A stretch of 18,833 bases of DNA from Candidatus Fraserbacteria bacterium (lineage in GTDB: Bacteria > Bipolaricaulota > Bipolaricaulia > RBG-16-55-9). This document shows positions 1 to 9,509 of the stretch, piece after piece; the stretch's first letter is position 1; the number at the start of each line of letters is the position of its first letter. The notes beneath the pieces are model-generated. The model saw only the letters and a list, made by a program, of their open reading frames with translations, made no database searches and was not told where the DNA came from. The stretch is taken from positions 1 to 18,833 of the forward strand of contig JBBIPG010000046.1 of the NCBI GenBank assembly GCA_037442925.1, in the 5' to 3' direction. The translations under genes were made by a program, and so were the position numbers.

Positions 1-81
1 CGTTTGAGCGAGCTGGGGCAGCGCAAGAGAGCCGTGCGCTGCCTGGAAGAGAGGAAGGAGTTGGAGTACATTCTTACGTGA
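1..81 (+). CDS. 3' end of an unidentified CDS truncated by the window edge
   Basis: Frame 1 is open from base 1 (RLSELGQRKRAVRCLEERKELEYILT) to TGA at 79-81 and converges on glyA. Too short to identify. Confidence 0.45.
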   Translation, partial: RLSELGQRKRAVRCLEERKELEYILT

Positions 82-131
82 GGCAACGAATCTCATTTCG
101 AGTACTTTCTTAGGTGAGGCAACAGGGGGTC

Positions 132-1379
132 CTAGTGAGCCACATAGAGAGAGAAGGCTTCACAGAGCCTCTGCACCTCCTGCTGGGCTTCCTTTTTCAC
201 TTCGGGGTCATCCGTTCTTCGCAAGACCAGATCCATGATTTCTGCGATGTGGTCCATCTCTCGTTCTCCCATGCCTCGCGTGGTTACCGCTGGCGTACCC
301 AGTCGGATGCCGCTGGTGATAGCCGGTTTGAGCGGATCAAAGGGGATGGCGTTCTTGTTCACCGTAATCCCCACTTCTTCCAGGTGCTTCTCGGCCTGGG
401 CGCCGGTCACTCCTTTGGCAGTTAGATCCACCAAGATGAGATGGGTATCGGTGCCGCCTGACACGAGCCGAAAACCTCGCTTGGCTAAGGCCCGAGCCAG
501 GGCCCGTGCATTTTCAACGACTTTTCGCTGATAGACGCGAAAGGACTCCTTCAGCGCTTCCTTAAAGGCGACAGCTTTCGCCGCGATCACATGCATGAGT
601 GGCCCACCCTGCATGCCCGGGAAGACCGCCTTGTCCACGAGTTTGGCGTGTTCTTTGCCGCAGAGAATCGCTCCGCCCCGCGGACCCCGAAGCGTCTTGT
701 GAGTGGTGAGGGTGACAAAGTGGGCATGAGGTAGCGGTGATGGGTGGAGTCCGGCTGCACATAGCCCCGCGATGTGGGCGATATCCGCCATGAGGTATGC
801 TCCCACTTCATCACAGATCGTACGGATGCGCGCGAAGTCAATGAGGCGGGGATAGGCGCTCGCTCCGGCAACGATGAGCTTGGGTCTTTCTTTCAAGGCG
901 ATGCGGCGAATCTCCTCGTAGTCGATGCATTCGGATTTGTGATTCACACCGTAATGGACCACGCGATAGAGCTTGGCGGAGAAGTTGGCCGGATGGCCAT
1001 GGGAGAGGTGGCCTCCGTGGTCGAGCGCCATTCCCAAGAGCGTGTCACCCGGTCTAAGAACCGCAAAATAGACGGCCATATTGGCCTGCGTACCCGAATG
1101 AGGCTGCACGTTGGCGTGCTCGGCGTGGAACAGCTCGCACAAGCGCGCTCGTGCTAACTCTTCCACTTGATCGACATGCTCGCAGCCGCCATAGTACCGT
1201 CGGCCGGGGTAGCCTTCGGCGTATTTATTGGTGAGCACAGAGCCTTGTGCTGCCAGCACGACTTCGGATGTGAAATTCTCGGAAGCGATCAGCTCGATGG
1301 TGTTCTGTTGTCGCGCCAGTTCCCCTTGGATGGCTTGATAGACTTCCGGGTCAGCGCGCTTGAGTAGTTCTTCGTTCAT
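132..1379 (-). CDS. glyA: serine hydroxymethyltransferase
   Basis: [34 protein letters not shown]-lysine motif [34 protein letters not shown]. Confidence 0.98.
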   Translation of the reverse strand: MNEELLKRADPEVYQAIQGELARQQNTIELIASENFTSEVVLAAQGSVLTNKYAEGYPGRRYYGGCEHVDQVEELARARLCELFHAEHANVQPHSGTQANMAVYFAVLRPGDTLLGMALDHGGHLSHGHPANFSAKLYRVVHYGVNHKSECIDYEEIRRIALKERPKLIVAGASAYPRLIDFARIRTICDEVGAYLMADIAHIAGLCAAGLHPSPLPHAHFVTLTTHKTLRGPRGGAILCGKEHAKLVDKAVFPGMQGGPLMHVIAAKAVAFKEALKESFRVYQRKVVENARALARALAKRGFRLVSGGTDTHLILVDLTAKGVTGAQAEKHLEEVGITVNKNAIPFDPLKPAITSGIRLGTPAVTTRGMGEREMDHIAEIMDLVLRRTDDPEVKKEAQQEVQRLCEAFSLYVAH

Positions 1380-1401
1380 GGAACGTTCCGTGTGGTGTGG
1401 A

Positions 1402-2037
1402 TCAACCTACTCGGGTGAAGAGGGAGCGTAGGATGTCTCCATACATGAGCAAGCGTTCTCGGAATCCCTTAGAGAAGCCGCGCTTCTCTTCCTTCATCAC
1501 GTGCGTGACCCCCTCCAGGAAGATGCGCTCCTCGGCCCAATTCTCTTTCAACGAGAGTTTGGTGAGTGCCATCTCCACGCCGAACTCCAGCTTTCCGGAT
1601 TTTCGCAAACGATTCCACAATGTGCGATTCAGAACCCTCTGCCCCGATAAATAGGGCGCAATACTATGTGCAATATCGGTATTGAGTCGCCCATTCTTGA
1701 AGACCCCAACGATCATGTCCAGTTGCTTCTCTTCGTATCGCTGAATGAGCCGATCAATATGATCGGGTCGCAGTCCCACCAAATCCGCATCCAAAAAGAG
1801 GAAGACGTCATTCTTGGCACGGCTCACCCCGTGATCTAAAGCCGCCGCCTTTCCCACATTGCGTGGAAGCTCAACGACGTGCACCCCCAAGCTTCGAGCA
1901 ACTTCGGTGGTGTCGTCCGTCGATCCGTCATCTACGACGATGATCTCCTCCACGTGCACCGCTTGCTTCAAAGGATAGATCACAGCTTCAATGCGTCCCG
2001 CTTCGTTATAGGCTGGTACGATGGCTGAAACCTTCAT
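1402..2037 (-). CDS. family 2 (GT-A fold) glycosyltransferase
   Basis: [24 protein letters not shown] and DxD motif FLDADL. Confidence 0.92.
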   Translation of the reverse strand: MKVSAIVPAYNEAGRIEAVIYPLKQAVHVEEIIVVDDGSTDDTTEVARSLGVHVVELPRNVGKAAALDHGVSRAKNDVFLFLDADLVGLRPDHIDRLIQRYEEKQLDMIVGVFKNGRLNTDIAHSIAPYLSGQRVLNRTLWNRLRKSGKLEFGVEMALTKLSLKENWAEERIFLEGVTHVMKEEKRGFSKGFRERLLMYGDILRSLFTRVG

Positions 2038-2053
2038 GATTTCGGATCGGCCA

Positions 2054-2332
2054 TCACATTATACCCGTTGGAGTCTTCGACTGTCCAGAGCCCGTCCTAT
2101 CGTAGAGGCGCTTCCAGAGCTGAGCGAGAGTCGGGCTCTTGGCGAGAATTCCTGAGACGAAGCGCGTCCTCTCCAGTCGCGCAAAGACCCGACTCTTGCC
2201 CGGAAAATCCAGCAAGATGATCCCGGGGATGATGAGCGCCCAGCCCGACAAAATCGGCACAGGCAGTAAGATGATTCCCACAAGAATTAAGAGCCCTCCG
2301 GCTAGATTGCGAGCAATACTCATCAACAACAT
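2054..2332 (-). CDS. small hypothetical membrane protein (PGPGW-like helical hairpin), about 92 aa
   Basis: The ATG at 2332 overlaps the ispG stop (TGATG). Hydrophobic LAGGLLILVGIILLPVPILSGWALIIPGIILL is followed by a basic tail. The longer listed ORF to 2632 lies inside ispG. Confidence 0.75.
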   Translation of the reverse strand: MLLMSIARNLAGGLLILVGIILLPVPILSGWALIIPGIILLDFPGKSRVFARLERTRFVSGILAKSPTLAQLWKRLYDRTGSGQSKTPTGIM

Positions 2333-3429
2333 CAGGAGGTCCGCTTCACATTGGAACCGAGAAGTTCTCTCTCGTAGTCGAAGACCAGCTGGCAGAGTTC
2401 CTCCACGATCTCGTCTTCGGGCACGCGCTTGACGGGTTTTCCGTCTTTGTAGAGCACTCCGGCCTTGTCTTGTCCTACGAGTCCAATGTGCGAGTGCCCG
2501 GCCTCGCCGATGCCGTTCACCACACAGCCGATCAGTGACACCTTGATAGGGGCTTCCACATCCTTGAGGCGCTCTTGGGCTTCGGCCACGATCTTCTCTA
2601 GATCGATGCCAATGCGCCCGCAGGTCGGACATGCCGTGAACTGCACCCCGCGCCAGCGCAGCCCCAAAGCCCCCAGAATGGCATACGCCACTTTGACTTC
2701 CTGCACGGGATCTCCCGTAAGAGAAACTCGCACTGTGTCCCCGATGCCTTCTTCTAAGAGCGTGCCAATGCCAAGGGCGCTCTTGGCAATCGCCGCTTCC
2801 CCCAGGCCCGCCTCCGTAACGCCCAGATGCAATGGGTAATCGACATGCTTCGTGATCAAGCGATACGACTCGATCATCACTCTCACATCTGTACTCTTGA
2901 GCGAGATCACAATATCTCTGAAATGGAGTGACTCCAGAATCCCGATCTCGCCCAGGGCGCTTTCCACCATCGCTTCCGGTGTGGCGCCCTCATGCTTGAT
3001 TAAAATCTCCCGAGCCAGCGACCCGGAGTTAACCCCCACTCGAATGGGGATGCCTGCGTCTTTGGCAGCTCGTACGACCTCCTTGATCTTTTCGGGCTTG
3101 GTGATGTTGCCCGGATTGAGCCGGACTTTATCGACGCCCTGTCGGATGGCCTCGAGGGCCAAGCGATGATCGAAATGGATATCGGCTACTAAGGGAATCG
3201 AAATGCGCCTTTTGATCTCGTTCAAGCATTGGGCAGCGTCCATGTTGAGCACGGCCACCCGAACTAACTCGCACCCTGCGCTTTCCAGTCGATGGATCTG
3301 AGCTACCGTGGCCTCCATGTCACGAGTGTCGGTGTTCGTCATCGATTGCACGATGATGGGGTGGCCTCCGCCGATCATCACATCTCTGATCTTCACGGTC
3401 CGGGAGGGCCTGCGCTCGATGGCACGCAT
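2332..3429 (-). CDS. ispG: 4-hydroxy-3-methylbut-2-en-1-yl diphosphate synthase (GcpE)
   Basis: VQSMTNTDT, PLVADIHFD, RLNPGNI, IRVGVNSGSL, PLHLGVTEAG, GIGDTVRVSLT; Fe-S ligands CPTCGR and GCVVNG.GE. Confidence 0.98.
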   Translation of the reverse strand: MRAIERRPSRTVKIRDVMIGGGHPIIVQSMTNTDTRDMEATVAQIHRLESAGCELVRVAVLNMDAAQCLNEIKRRISIPLVADIHFDHRLALEAIRQGVDKVRLNPGNITKPEKIKEVVRAAKDAGIPIRVGVNSGSLAREILIKHEGATPEAMVESALGEIGILESLHFRDIVISLKSTDVRVMIESYRLITKHVDYPLHLGVTEAGLGEAAIAKSALGIGTLLEEGIGDTVRVSLTGDPVQEVKVAYAILGALGLRWRGVQFTACPTCGRIGIDLEKIVAEAQERLKDVEAPIKVSLIGCVVNGIGEAGHSHIGLVGQDKAGVLYKDGKPVKRVPEDEIVEELCQLVFDYERELLGSNVKRTS

Positions 3430-3863
3430 TAGAGCAGTCCTTTCAAGAGATCAATTCGTCGCACCACCCCGATGAGCACTCCCTGCTGATCCACCACGGG
3501 CAGCAGCTTGAATCCCTTCTGAATCATGAGCTCTGCCACGTAGAGATCGTCCTCGTCCTGGTTGACCTTGCCCACGGTGCGTACCATATATGCCCGCACG
3601 GGGTCGCCTGCCATCTCGCGCAGCTTCTTCGAGAACTGCTCGACCTCCGGCCAGAAGGACCCGCTTTGCAGAAGATCAAAATAACCGGGGAGTGCTGCTT
3701 GAATTACGTCTTTCTCGGAGATGAAGCCCACTACTCTCCGATCCTTATCGACGACAGGAAGCCCAGAGGATGCGCTTTGGTAGAGCATCCGTACAAAATC
3801 ACGAATGGTTGTATCTTCACGAACGGCCGTGAACTCGCGCGTCATAAACTCAGACGCTTTCAT
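3429..3863 (-). CDS. tandem CBS-domain protein
   Basis: Two CBS repeats (SGLPVVD..RVVGFISEKD; LLPVVD..GVLIGVVRRIDLL). Overlaps miaB (ATGA) and ispG (TAATG). Confidence 0.92.
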   Translation of the reverse strand: MKASEFMTREFTAVREDTTIRDFVRMLYQSASSGLPVVDKDRRVVGFISEKDVIQAALPGYFDLLQSGSFWPEVEQFSKKLREMAGDPVRAYMVRTVGKVNQDEDDLYVAELMIQKGFKLLPVVDQQGVLIGVVRRIDLLKGLL

Positions 3864-5203
3864 GAGATCACACGTCCGAACAGACCGGCCACACCCGCTT
3901 TCTCAATCGCTACGTGCACAAACGTCCCGGTCATTTGCGGCCCTGCGGAGAAGAGCACGGTCTTGTTGTCGCGGGTCTTGCCCAGATAGCGATCCGAACC
4001 CGTTCGGGCTTCCCCTTCGACCAGTACCTCGACCGTCTGACCCACCCGCGCTCGATTCTCTTCGTCTGTGATGCGTTTCTGTAGAGTGAGCAGGTGCTCC
4101 AGGCGACGCTGCTTCTCCTCCAGCGGGATAGCATCGGGATATTTATAGTAACTGATCGTGCCCGGACGCGGAGAATACCTGAAGATGAAAGCGCCGCCAA
4201 AGCGCGCCTTGCGAACAAGATCGACGGTCTCTAAGAAATCCTGCTCTGTTTCTGTGGGAAATCCCACGATGATATCGGTCGTGATGTTCACACCAGGCAC
4301 GCGGGCCTTGAGCGTACGAACCAGCTCCAAGAACTGCTCTTTGGTATAACCGCGGCGCATAGCGTCAAGAACCCGATCACTACCGGATTGCACGGCCATG
4401 TGCACGTGCTCGCAGACGTTGTTCTCCTCGCTCAATACATCGATCACATCCGGTGTGATGTCCTTGGGATGGGATGACGTGAAGCGAATTCGTGGGATAG
4501 CAATGCGTGTCAGCGCTCGTAGCAGATTTGCGAAGTTAATGTCGGGGTCATCCAGATCATTGCCGTAAGAGTCCACATTCTGACCGAGGAGCTGCACTTC
4601 TTTGTAGCCCTGCTCGGCCAGCTGGGTGACTTCTCGAATGATGTCGCCGGGAAGGCGGCTGCGTAGCAATCCCGTTGTGTAGGGTACAATGCAGAACGAA
4701 CAGAAATTGGAGCAGCCCTCTGTAATCGTGACTTTAGCTTGGAAGGAACTCTGGCGCAGAAACGGGAGATCTTCAATGCGGTCAGGAATTCTCGAGAGAG
4801 CCATCACGGGTGCACCGTTTCGATGTCCATTCTTTCCCTTCTCTTGGATCTCACGAATCAAACGGGGAATGTCTGTGATGTTGGAGCTGCCGAAGACGAA
4901 ATCGACGATTGGGCTGTAGTGGAAGATCTTTTTGCCGAGTGCCTGAGCCATGCAGCCGCCTATGCCTAAGAGCAAGTCGGGCTTCTTCTCTTTGAGAGCA
5001 CCAATGACACCAGCCTCGGAATAGACTTTATCTTCCGCCTTCTCGCGTACCATGCAAGTGTTAAATATGACGAGATCTGCATCTTCAGGGCGCTGAACTA
5101 GCTGATACCCCTCGTGCACGAGCAGGCCAGCGATGCCCTCGCTCTTGTGCTCGTTCATCTGGCAGCCCCAGGTGTGAATGTAGACGCGCTTTCTCGTTTC
5201 CAT
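3860..5203 (-). CDS. miaB: tRNA (N6-isopentenyl-A37)-C2 methylthiotransferase, radical SAM
   Basis: TWGCQMN, NTCMVRE and GGCMAQ (UPF0004 Cys), CSNFCSFC, LLGQNVDSY, RIRFTSSHP, YSPRPGT, C-terminal TRAM domain. Start is ATG 5203 or GTG 5209. Confidence 0.95.
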   Translation of the reverse strand: METRKRVYIHTWGCQMNEHKSEGIAGLLVHEGYQLVQRPEDADLVIFNTCMVREKAEDKVYSEAGVIGALKEKKPDLLLGIGGCMAQALGKKIFHYSPIVDFVFGSSNITDIPRLIREIQEKGKNGHRNGAPVMALSRIPDRIEDLPFLRQSSFQAKVTITEGCSNFCSFCIVPYTTGLLRSRLPGDIIREVTQLAEQGYKEVQLLGQNVDSYGNDLDDPDINFANLLRALTRIAIPRIRFTSSHPKDITPDVIDVLSEENNVCEHVHMAVQSGSDRVLDAMRRGYTKEQFLELVRTLKARVPGVNITTDIIVGFPTETEQDFLETVDLVRKARFGGAFIFRYSPRPGTISYYKYPDAIPLEEKQRRLEHLLTLQKRITDEENRARVGQTVEVLVEGEARTGSDRYLGKTRDNKTVLFSAGPQMTGTFVHVAIEKAGVAGLFGRVIS

Positions 5204-5226
5204 AGCCACTTTCCCAACCTTTGCGT

Positions 5227-5255
5227 ACTATAGCAGAGGGGTATAGGGCTGTCAA
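5227..5255 (-). promoter_or_regulatory. sigma70-type promoter of the miaB-glyA operon
   Basis: Minus strand reads TTGACA (5255-5250), 17 nt, TATAGT (5232-5227), with an extended -10 TG. Confidence 0.8.
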
Positions 5256-5265
5256 CCACAAGGCT

Positions 5266-5295
5266 TTGACCCTTTCCCTTCTCAAGAGGTAGAAT
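5266..5295 (+). promoter_or_regulatory. sigma70-type promoter of the acyl-CoA dehydrogenase gene
   Basis: TTGACC (5266-5271), 18 nt, TAGAAT (5290-5295). GAGGAGG Shine-Dalgarno precedes ATG 5329. Confidence 0.7.
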
Positions 5296-5328
5296 AAGAC
5301 AACGAAATCTGAAGATGAGGAGGCGGCT

Positions 5329-6477
5329 ATGGAATTTGAGCTGAGCGAAGAGCACAAGCTGCTGCGTAAGACGGCCAGAAAATTCGCCGAGGAAGTGATT
5401 CGTCCGGCGGCCGAAGAATACGATGAGCACGCGAAATACCCCCACGAGATCGTAGAGGAAGCGAAGAAGCTCGACTTCATCGCTCCTGCGATCCCGCAAG
5501 AGTACGGGGGAGCAGGGATGGATTTTCTGGCGCAGGCCATTGTGATTGAGGAGCTTACCCGAGGCGATGCGGGTATTGCCCAAGCCGTCACAGCGCGGAT
5601 CTTCGGAGCGGATATGCTGCTCGAATTTGGCACGGAGGAGCAGAAGAAGAAATTCCTTGTGCCCGTGGCCAAGGGTGATTGGGTGATGGGCTCAGCGATT
5701 ACTGAACCTGAGGCCGGATCGGACGTGGCAAGCATGAAGACGCGGGCGGAAAAGAGCGGCAATGAGTACGTCTTAAACGGGAGCAAGATGTTCATCACGA
5801 ACGGAAGTGTCGCCCACTTTCTGATCGTCTTCGCCCGCACGGACTTCAATCCCCCGGAGAAGCATATGGGGATCACGGCCTTCATCGTGGAGAAGGACCG
5901 CAAGGGCTACATCGCAGAGCCCTTAAAGAAGAAGCTGGGCATTCGCGCCTCAGATCTGGCTGAAATCACCCTCAAGGACGTCCGAGTCCCGGAGACGAAC
6001 ATCGTTGGTCAACTCGGCATGGGGTTCTATCACTTGATGCAATTCTTCAGCCGGGGTCGGACGGCGGTGGCCGCTCAGGCCGTGGGCATTGCTCAAGGGG
6101 CTTTCGATGAGGCGTTCCGGTATGCCCAAGAGCGCCAGCAGTTCGGTCGCCATATTGTAGACTTCCAGGCGATTCAATTTAAGCTTGCGGACATGGCCAC
6201 AGACATTGAAGCGGCTCGGCTCTTGACGTATCGAGCGGCATGGCAAATCTCTCTGGGAGGCAATCCAGCGAGGGAGGCCTCCATGGCGAAGCTATTCGCT
6301 TCGAGGGTTGCCCGTGAAGTGGCCAATGAGGCCTTGCAGATCCACGGTGGCTATGGCTTCATTAAAGAATACCCCGTTGAGCGTTTCTATCGTGATGCGA
6401 AGATCACGGAACTCTACGAAGGGACCAGTGAGATTCAGCGGCTGATCATCGTCCGATCGCTTCTGGGCAAGATCTAA
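5329..6477 (+). CDS. acyl-CoA dehydrogenase
   Basis: EYGGAG, AITEPEAGSDV, LNGSKMFITNG, KLGIRAS, R.QFG, ALQIHGGYG, YRDAKITELYEGTSEIQR. Confidence 0.97.
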   Translation: MEFELSEEHKLLRKTARKFAEEVIRPAAEEYDEHAKYPHEIVEEAKKLDFIAPAIPQEYGGAGMDFLAQAIVIEELTRGDAGIAQAVTARIFGADMLLEFGTEEQKKKFLVPVAKGDWVMGSAITEPEAGSDVASMKTRAEKSGNEYVLNGSKMFITNGSVAHFLIVFARTDFNPPEKHMGITAFIVEKDRKGYIAEPLKKKLGIRASDLAEITLKDVRVPETNIVGQLGMGFYHLMQFFSRGRTAVAAQAVGIAQGAFDEAFRYAQERQQFGRHIVDFQAIQFKLADMATDIEAARLLTYRAAWQISLGGNPAREASMAKLFASRVAREVANEALQIHGGYGFIKEYPVERFYRDAKITELYEGTSEIQRLIIVRSLLGKI

Positions 6478-6480
6478 ACC

Positions 6481-6504
6481 AGATCCCGCTGCGCGATGGG
6501 ATCT
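6481..6504 (+). terminator. possible stem-loop after the acyl-CoA dehydrogenase
   Basis: AGATCCC (6481-6487) pairs with GGGATCT (6498-6504). No U-tract follows. Confidence 0.3.
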
Positions 6505-6546
6505 CGATGAGCGTAAAGCGCTCGGGGAGCAAGAGGAAGCATTTCC

Positions 6547-6575
6547 TTGAACGCCTATGGCTCGGGGACTATAAT
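6547..6575 (+). promoter_or_regulatory. sigma70-type promoter of pyrG-lptC-lptB
   Basis: TTGAAC (6547-6552), 17 nt, TATAAT (6570-6575). Confidence 0.8.
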
Positions 6576-6600
6576 GCCCAGCCAGGGGCAAGAGGATTCC

Positions 6601-8214
6601 ATGAGCAAATTTTTATTTGTTACCGGAGGTGTGCTTTCGGGGCTCGGAAAGGGCATTAGCTCCGCTTCCATCGGACTCTTGCTTAAGGCCCGTGGGGTCC
6701 AAGTCACCGCCATCAAAATTGACCCCTACCTCAATTGCGATGCGGGCACGATGAACCCCTACCAGCACGGCGAGGTCTTTGTGCTGGACGACGGCGGTGA
6801 GGTAGATATGGACCTCGGTAGCTACGAGCGTTTTTTGGATGTCAGCCTTACCAGCGATCACAACATCACGACCGGCAAAGTCTACCAGCGCGTGATCGAA
6901 AAGGAGCGCCGAGGAGAGTATCTGGGCCAGACGGTCCAGATCATCCCGCATATCACCGATGAGATCAAGAGCTCCATCAAACGCGTGGCCGAGAAGAGCG
7001 ACGCCGAGGTGGTCATCGTTGAACTGGGCGGCACCGTGGGCGACATTGAAAGCATGCCCTTCCTGGAAGCTGCCCGCCAGATGCACCAGGAACTCGGTCA
7101 CGAAAACACGGTCTTCATTCACACCACTCTTGTTCCCGTAGTCGAAGCCGTCGGCGAGCAGAAGACGAAACCGACTCAGCACTCCGTAAAAGAACTCCGC
7201 GCCATTGGGATTCAGCCCGATGTCATCGTGGGGCGTAGCGACGAGCCCCTCAAAGAGAGCATCAAGCGCAAGATCGCGCTCTTCTGTGATGTGCCCCTTG
7301 AGGCCGTCATCAGTGCACCCGATGTGGAACTCATCTATCAAGTGCCCTTGGTCTTTGAAGAACAAGGCCTCACAGATTACCTCATGAATCGCCTGAGGTT
7401 GCGGACCAATCAGCAGGATCTTAGTGAATGGAAGAGGTTTCTCGAGAACGCCCTCCATCCCGAATTACACATCACTGTGGCTCTGGTGGGCAAGTATACG
7501 GACTTGAGGGATAGCTATGTGAGCTACGCTGAGGCGCTCACCCACGCCGCCGCCAGCCAGCGCGCCCGCGTGGACATCCAGTGGATCGAGGCCGATTTCT
7601 ATCGGGATGAACTGCTCGAGGGAGTCGATGGATTGATCGTCCCCGTCGGCTTTGGCCACCGTGGAGCGGAAGGGAAGATGCAGGCGATTCAGTATGCTCG
7701 CATGAATGACTTGCCTTTTCTGGGGATCTGCTACGGCTTCCAGCTGTCCGTCATCGAGTTCTGCCGAAACGTTCTGGGCTTGAAAGGTGCCAACAGCACG
7801 GAGTTTGAGGAACACCCGGCGCACCCGGTGATCTGTCTTATGCCCGAACAAGCGGGCATGAAAGAGATGGGTGCCACCATGCGCCTCGGAGCCCAGCCCG
7901 TAGTGATCGAGCGCGGCACGTTGGCTCACAGGCTCTACGGCACCACAGAGATCTCCGAGCGCCATCGCCATCGCTACGAAGTCAACCCTGAATATATCAA
8001 ACCCATCGAAGAGGCAGGATTCGTCTTTTCGGGAAAATCTCCGGATGGGCGACGGATGGAGATCGGAGAGATACCAGAACACCCGTTCTTCATCGCCTCC
8101 CAGTTCCACCCGGAATTTAGATCTCACCCTACAAAGCCACGACCCCTCTTTGCAGGGTTAGTGAAGGCATGTCTCGCTCGAACCCCCAGCGACGCGGCTT
8201 CGCCTTCGTCGTAA
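6601..8214 (+). CDS. pyrG: CTP synthase
   Basis: [44 protein letters not shown], GATase [21 protein letters not shown]. Start moved to ATG 6601 because the listed TTG start is the -35 box. Confidence 0.98.
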   Translation: MSKFLFVTGGVLSGLGKGISSASIGLLLKARGVQVTAIKIDPYLNCDAGTMNPYQHGEVFVLDDGGEVDMDLGSYERFLDVSLTSDHNITTGKVYQRVIEKERRGEYLGQTVQIIPHITDEIKSSIKRVAEKSDAEVVIVELGGTVGDIESMPFLEAARQMHQELGHENTVFIHTTLVPVVEAVGEQKTKPTQHSVKELRAIGIQPDVIVGRSDEPLKESIKRKIALFCDVPLEAVISAPDVELIYQVPLVFEEQGLTDYLMNRLRLRTNQQDLSEWKRFLENALHPELHITVALVGKYTDLRDSYVSYAEALTHAAASQRARVDIQWIEADFYRDELLEGVDGLIVPVGFGHRGAEGKMQAIQYARMNDLPFLGICYGFQLSVIEFCRNVLGLKGANSTEFEEHPAHPVICLMPEQAGMKEMGATMRLGAQPVVIERGTLAHRLYGTTEISERHRHRYEVNPEYIKPIEEAGFVFSGKSPDGRRMEIGEIPEHPFFIASQFHPEFRSHPTKPRPLFAGLVKACLARTPSDAASPSS

Positions 8215-8738
8215 CAGCCCTTTGGGTTAGCGCTGTTCTGGGCCTGCTGTCCTCCTGTAGTAGCAGTTCCATCGAGGACGAACAGGCAGATCGTCAGTTA
8301 CCCGAGATCGAGCTTCAAGGTAACGAACTCACTCATTACAGCGAAGAGGGCAAGCCCGTCTGGGTCCTGCGCGCACGCTCGGTGGAGTACTTTGAAGAAG
8401 CCCAGCAAACTCACGCCAGAGGAGTAGAGGTGCGCTTTTGGGATCGAGATGGTGCGGACGCCCTGATCGTCCAGGCAGACCAGCTTACGTTCTATCACCG
8501 TTCGGGGGATCTTACGTTCAGCGGGAATCTGCGCGCACGGGATCCTGCGGGTTTACATTTCTCTACGGACGCGGCGTACTGGGAAGAGAAAGCACGCGTG
8601 CTCCGAAGCGACTCTCCCGTCCATGTCGAGCGCGAGGATCTCACACTGACGGGACAAGGCTTCGAGTATCGCCCGGATGAAGGAACGCTCACGATCCAAG
8701 ACGCTCATTTGAAGCTCATCCTCAAAGAGCAGCCATGA
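8169..8738 (+). CDS. lptC: LptC-like beta-jellyroll envelope protein, probable lipoprotein
   Basis: Signal peptide ends in lipobox-like LLSSC. Beta-strand pattern typical of LptC ([39 protein letters not shown]). ATGA-coupled to lptB. Confidence 0.75.
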   Translation: MSRSNPQRRGFAFVVTALWVSAVLGLLSSCSSSSIEDEQADRQLPEIELQGNELTHYSEEGKPVWVLRARSVEYFEEAQQTHARGVEVRFWDRDGADALIVQADQLTFYHRSGDLTFSGNLRARDPAGLHFSTDAAYWEEKARVLRSDSPVHVEREDLTLTGQGFEYRPDEGTLTIQDAHLKLILKEQP

Positions 8739-9454
8739 CACTGAAAGCAGAAGGCTTGAGCAAGCGCTACGGCCGCCAACTCATTGTGGATGGAGTATCC
8801 CTCCAAGTCGAGAGCGGGCAAGTCGTGGGACTGCTGGGCCCCAACGGCGCGGGGAAGACGACCACTTTTCATTTGATCGTGGGACTGGCCGCGCCCGATG
8901 CCGGTCGAATCACCCTCGATGGGGAAGACATCACACGTGAGTCCTTCCACTGGAAAGCCCGCCAAGGGGTCAACTATCTTCCTCAGGAACCTTCGGTCTT
9001 CCGCAAGCTCTCTGTGCTAGAAAATCTGCTTGTGGTCTTAGAAAGACAGCATGCAAGCAGAATCGAATGTCAGAGATGTGCCGAAGAGTTGCTCGACAAA
9101 TTGGGCATTCTACAGCTGGCCTTACAGCGAGCAGATACGCTATCGGCCGGTGAGCGCCGTCGTGTGGAGATTGCCCGCGCACTTGCTTCCACTCCGCGCT
9201 TCTTGCTGCTCGATGAGCCCTTTACCGGGGTAGACCCCCTTTCCGTGGAGGGGCTGCAAGAGATCATTCAACAGCTCAAAGGAGAACGTATTGGCATCAT
9301 CGTGACCGATCACAACGTGCGTGAGACGTTGGCAGTGACTGATTATGTTTATCTCCTGCAGGGGGGACGGATCTTCTTGGAGGGAACTCCGCAAGAGATC
9401 CAGGATCACCCGCTAGCGAAAAAATTCTACTTGGGCGAGCGGTTTCAAATCTAA
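8735..9454 (+). CDS. lptB: LPS-export-type ABC transporter ATPase
   Basis: Walker A GPNGAGKTT, YLPQEPSVFRKLSV, signature LSAGERRRVEIARAL, LLDEPFTGVDP, TDHNVRETL, C-terminal YLGERF. Confidence 0.93.
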   Translation: MTLKAEGLSKRYGRQLIVDGVSLQVESGQVVGLLGPNGAGKTTTFHLIVGLAAPDAGRITLDGEDITRESFHWKARQGVNYLPQEPSVFRKLSVLENLLVVLERQHASRIECQRCAEELLDKLGILQLALQRADTLSAGERRRVEIARALASTPRFLLLDEPFTGVDPLSVEGLQEIIQQLKGERIGIIVTDHNVRETLAVTDYVYLLQGGRIFLEGTPQEIQDHPLAKKFYLGERFQI

Positions 9455-9467
9455 TTGAACCTCATCC

Positions 9468-9501
9468 TGCCTTCGGCACCCCTCTCCGAGTCGGAGAGGG
9501 G
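9468..9501. repeat. REP-like double hairpin / possible bidirectional terminator between convergent lptB and lgt
   Basis: TGCC-TTC-GGCA (9468-9478) is directly followed by the perfect 11-bp inverted repeat CCCCTCTCCGA-G-TCGGAGAGGGG (9479-9501). Confidence 0.7.
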
Positions 9502-9509
9502 CTAGGGGG

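Noticed and set aside
2333..2632. N-terminal 100 aa of listed ORF 2054-2632
   Set aside because: It overlaps ispG in another frame and is Arg-rich noise. The TGATG-coupled start at 2332 fits better.
6547..6600. N-terminal extension of pyrG from TTG 6547
   Set aside because: That TTG is the -35 hexamer, and family homology starts at ATG 6601.
5085..8127. Long minus-strand ORFs (5085-5903, 6613-7458, 7465-8127)
   Set aside because: They are antisense shadows of the ACAD gene and pyrG, with no motifs or SD.
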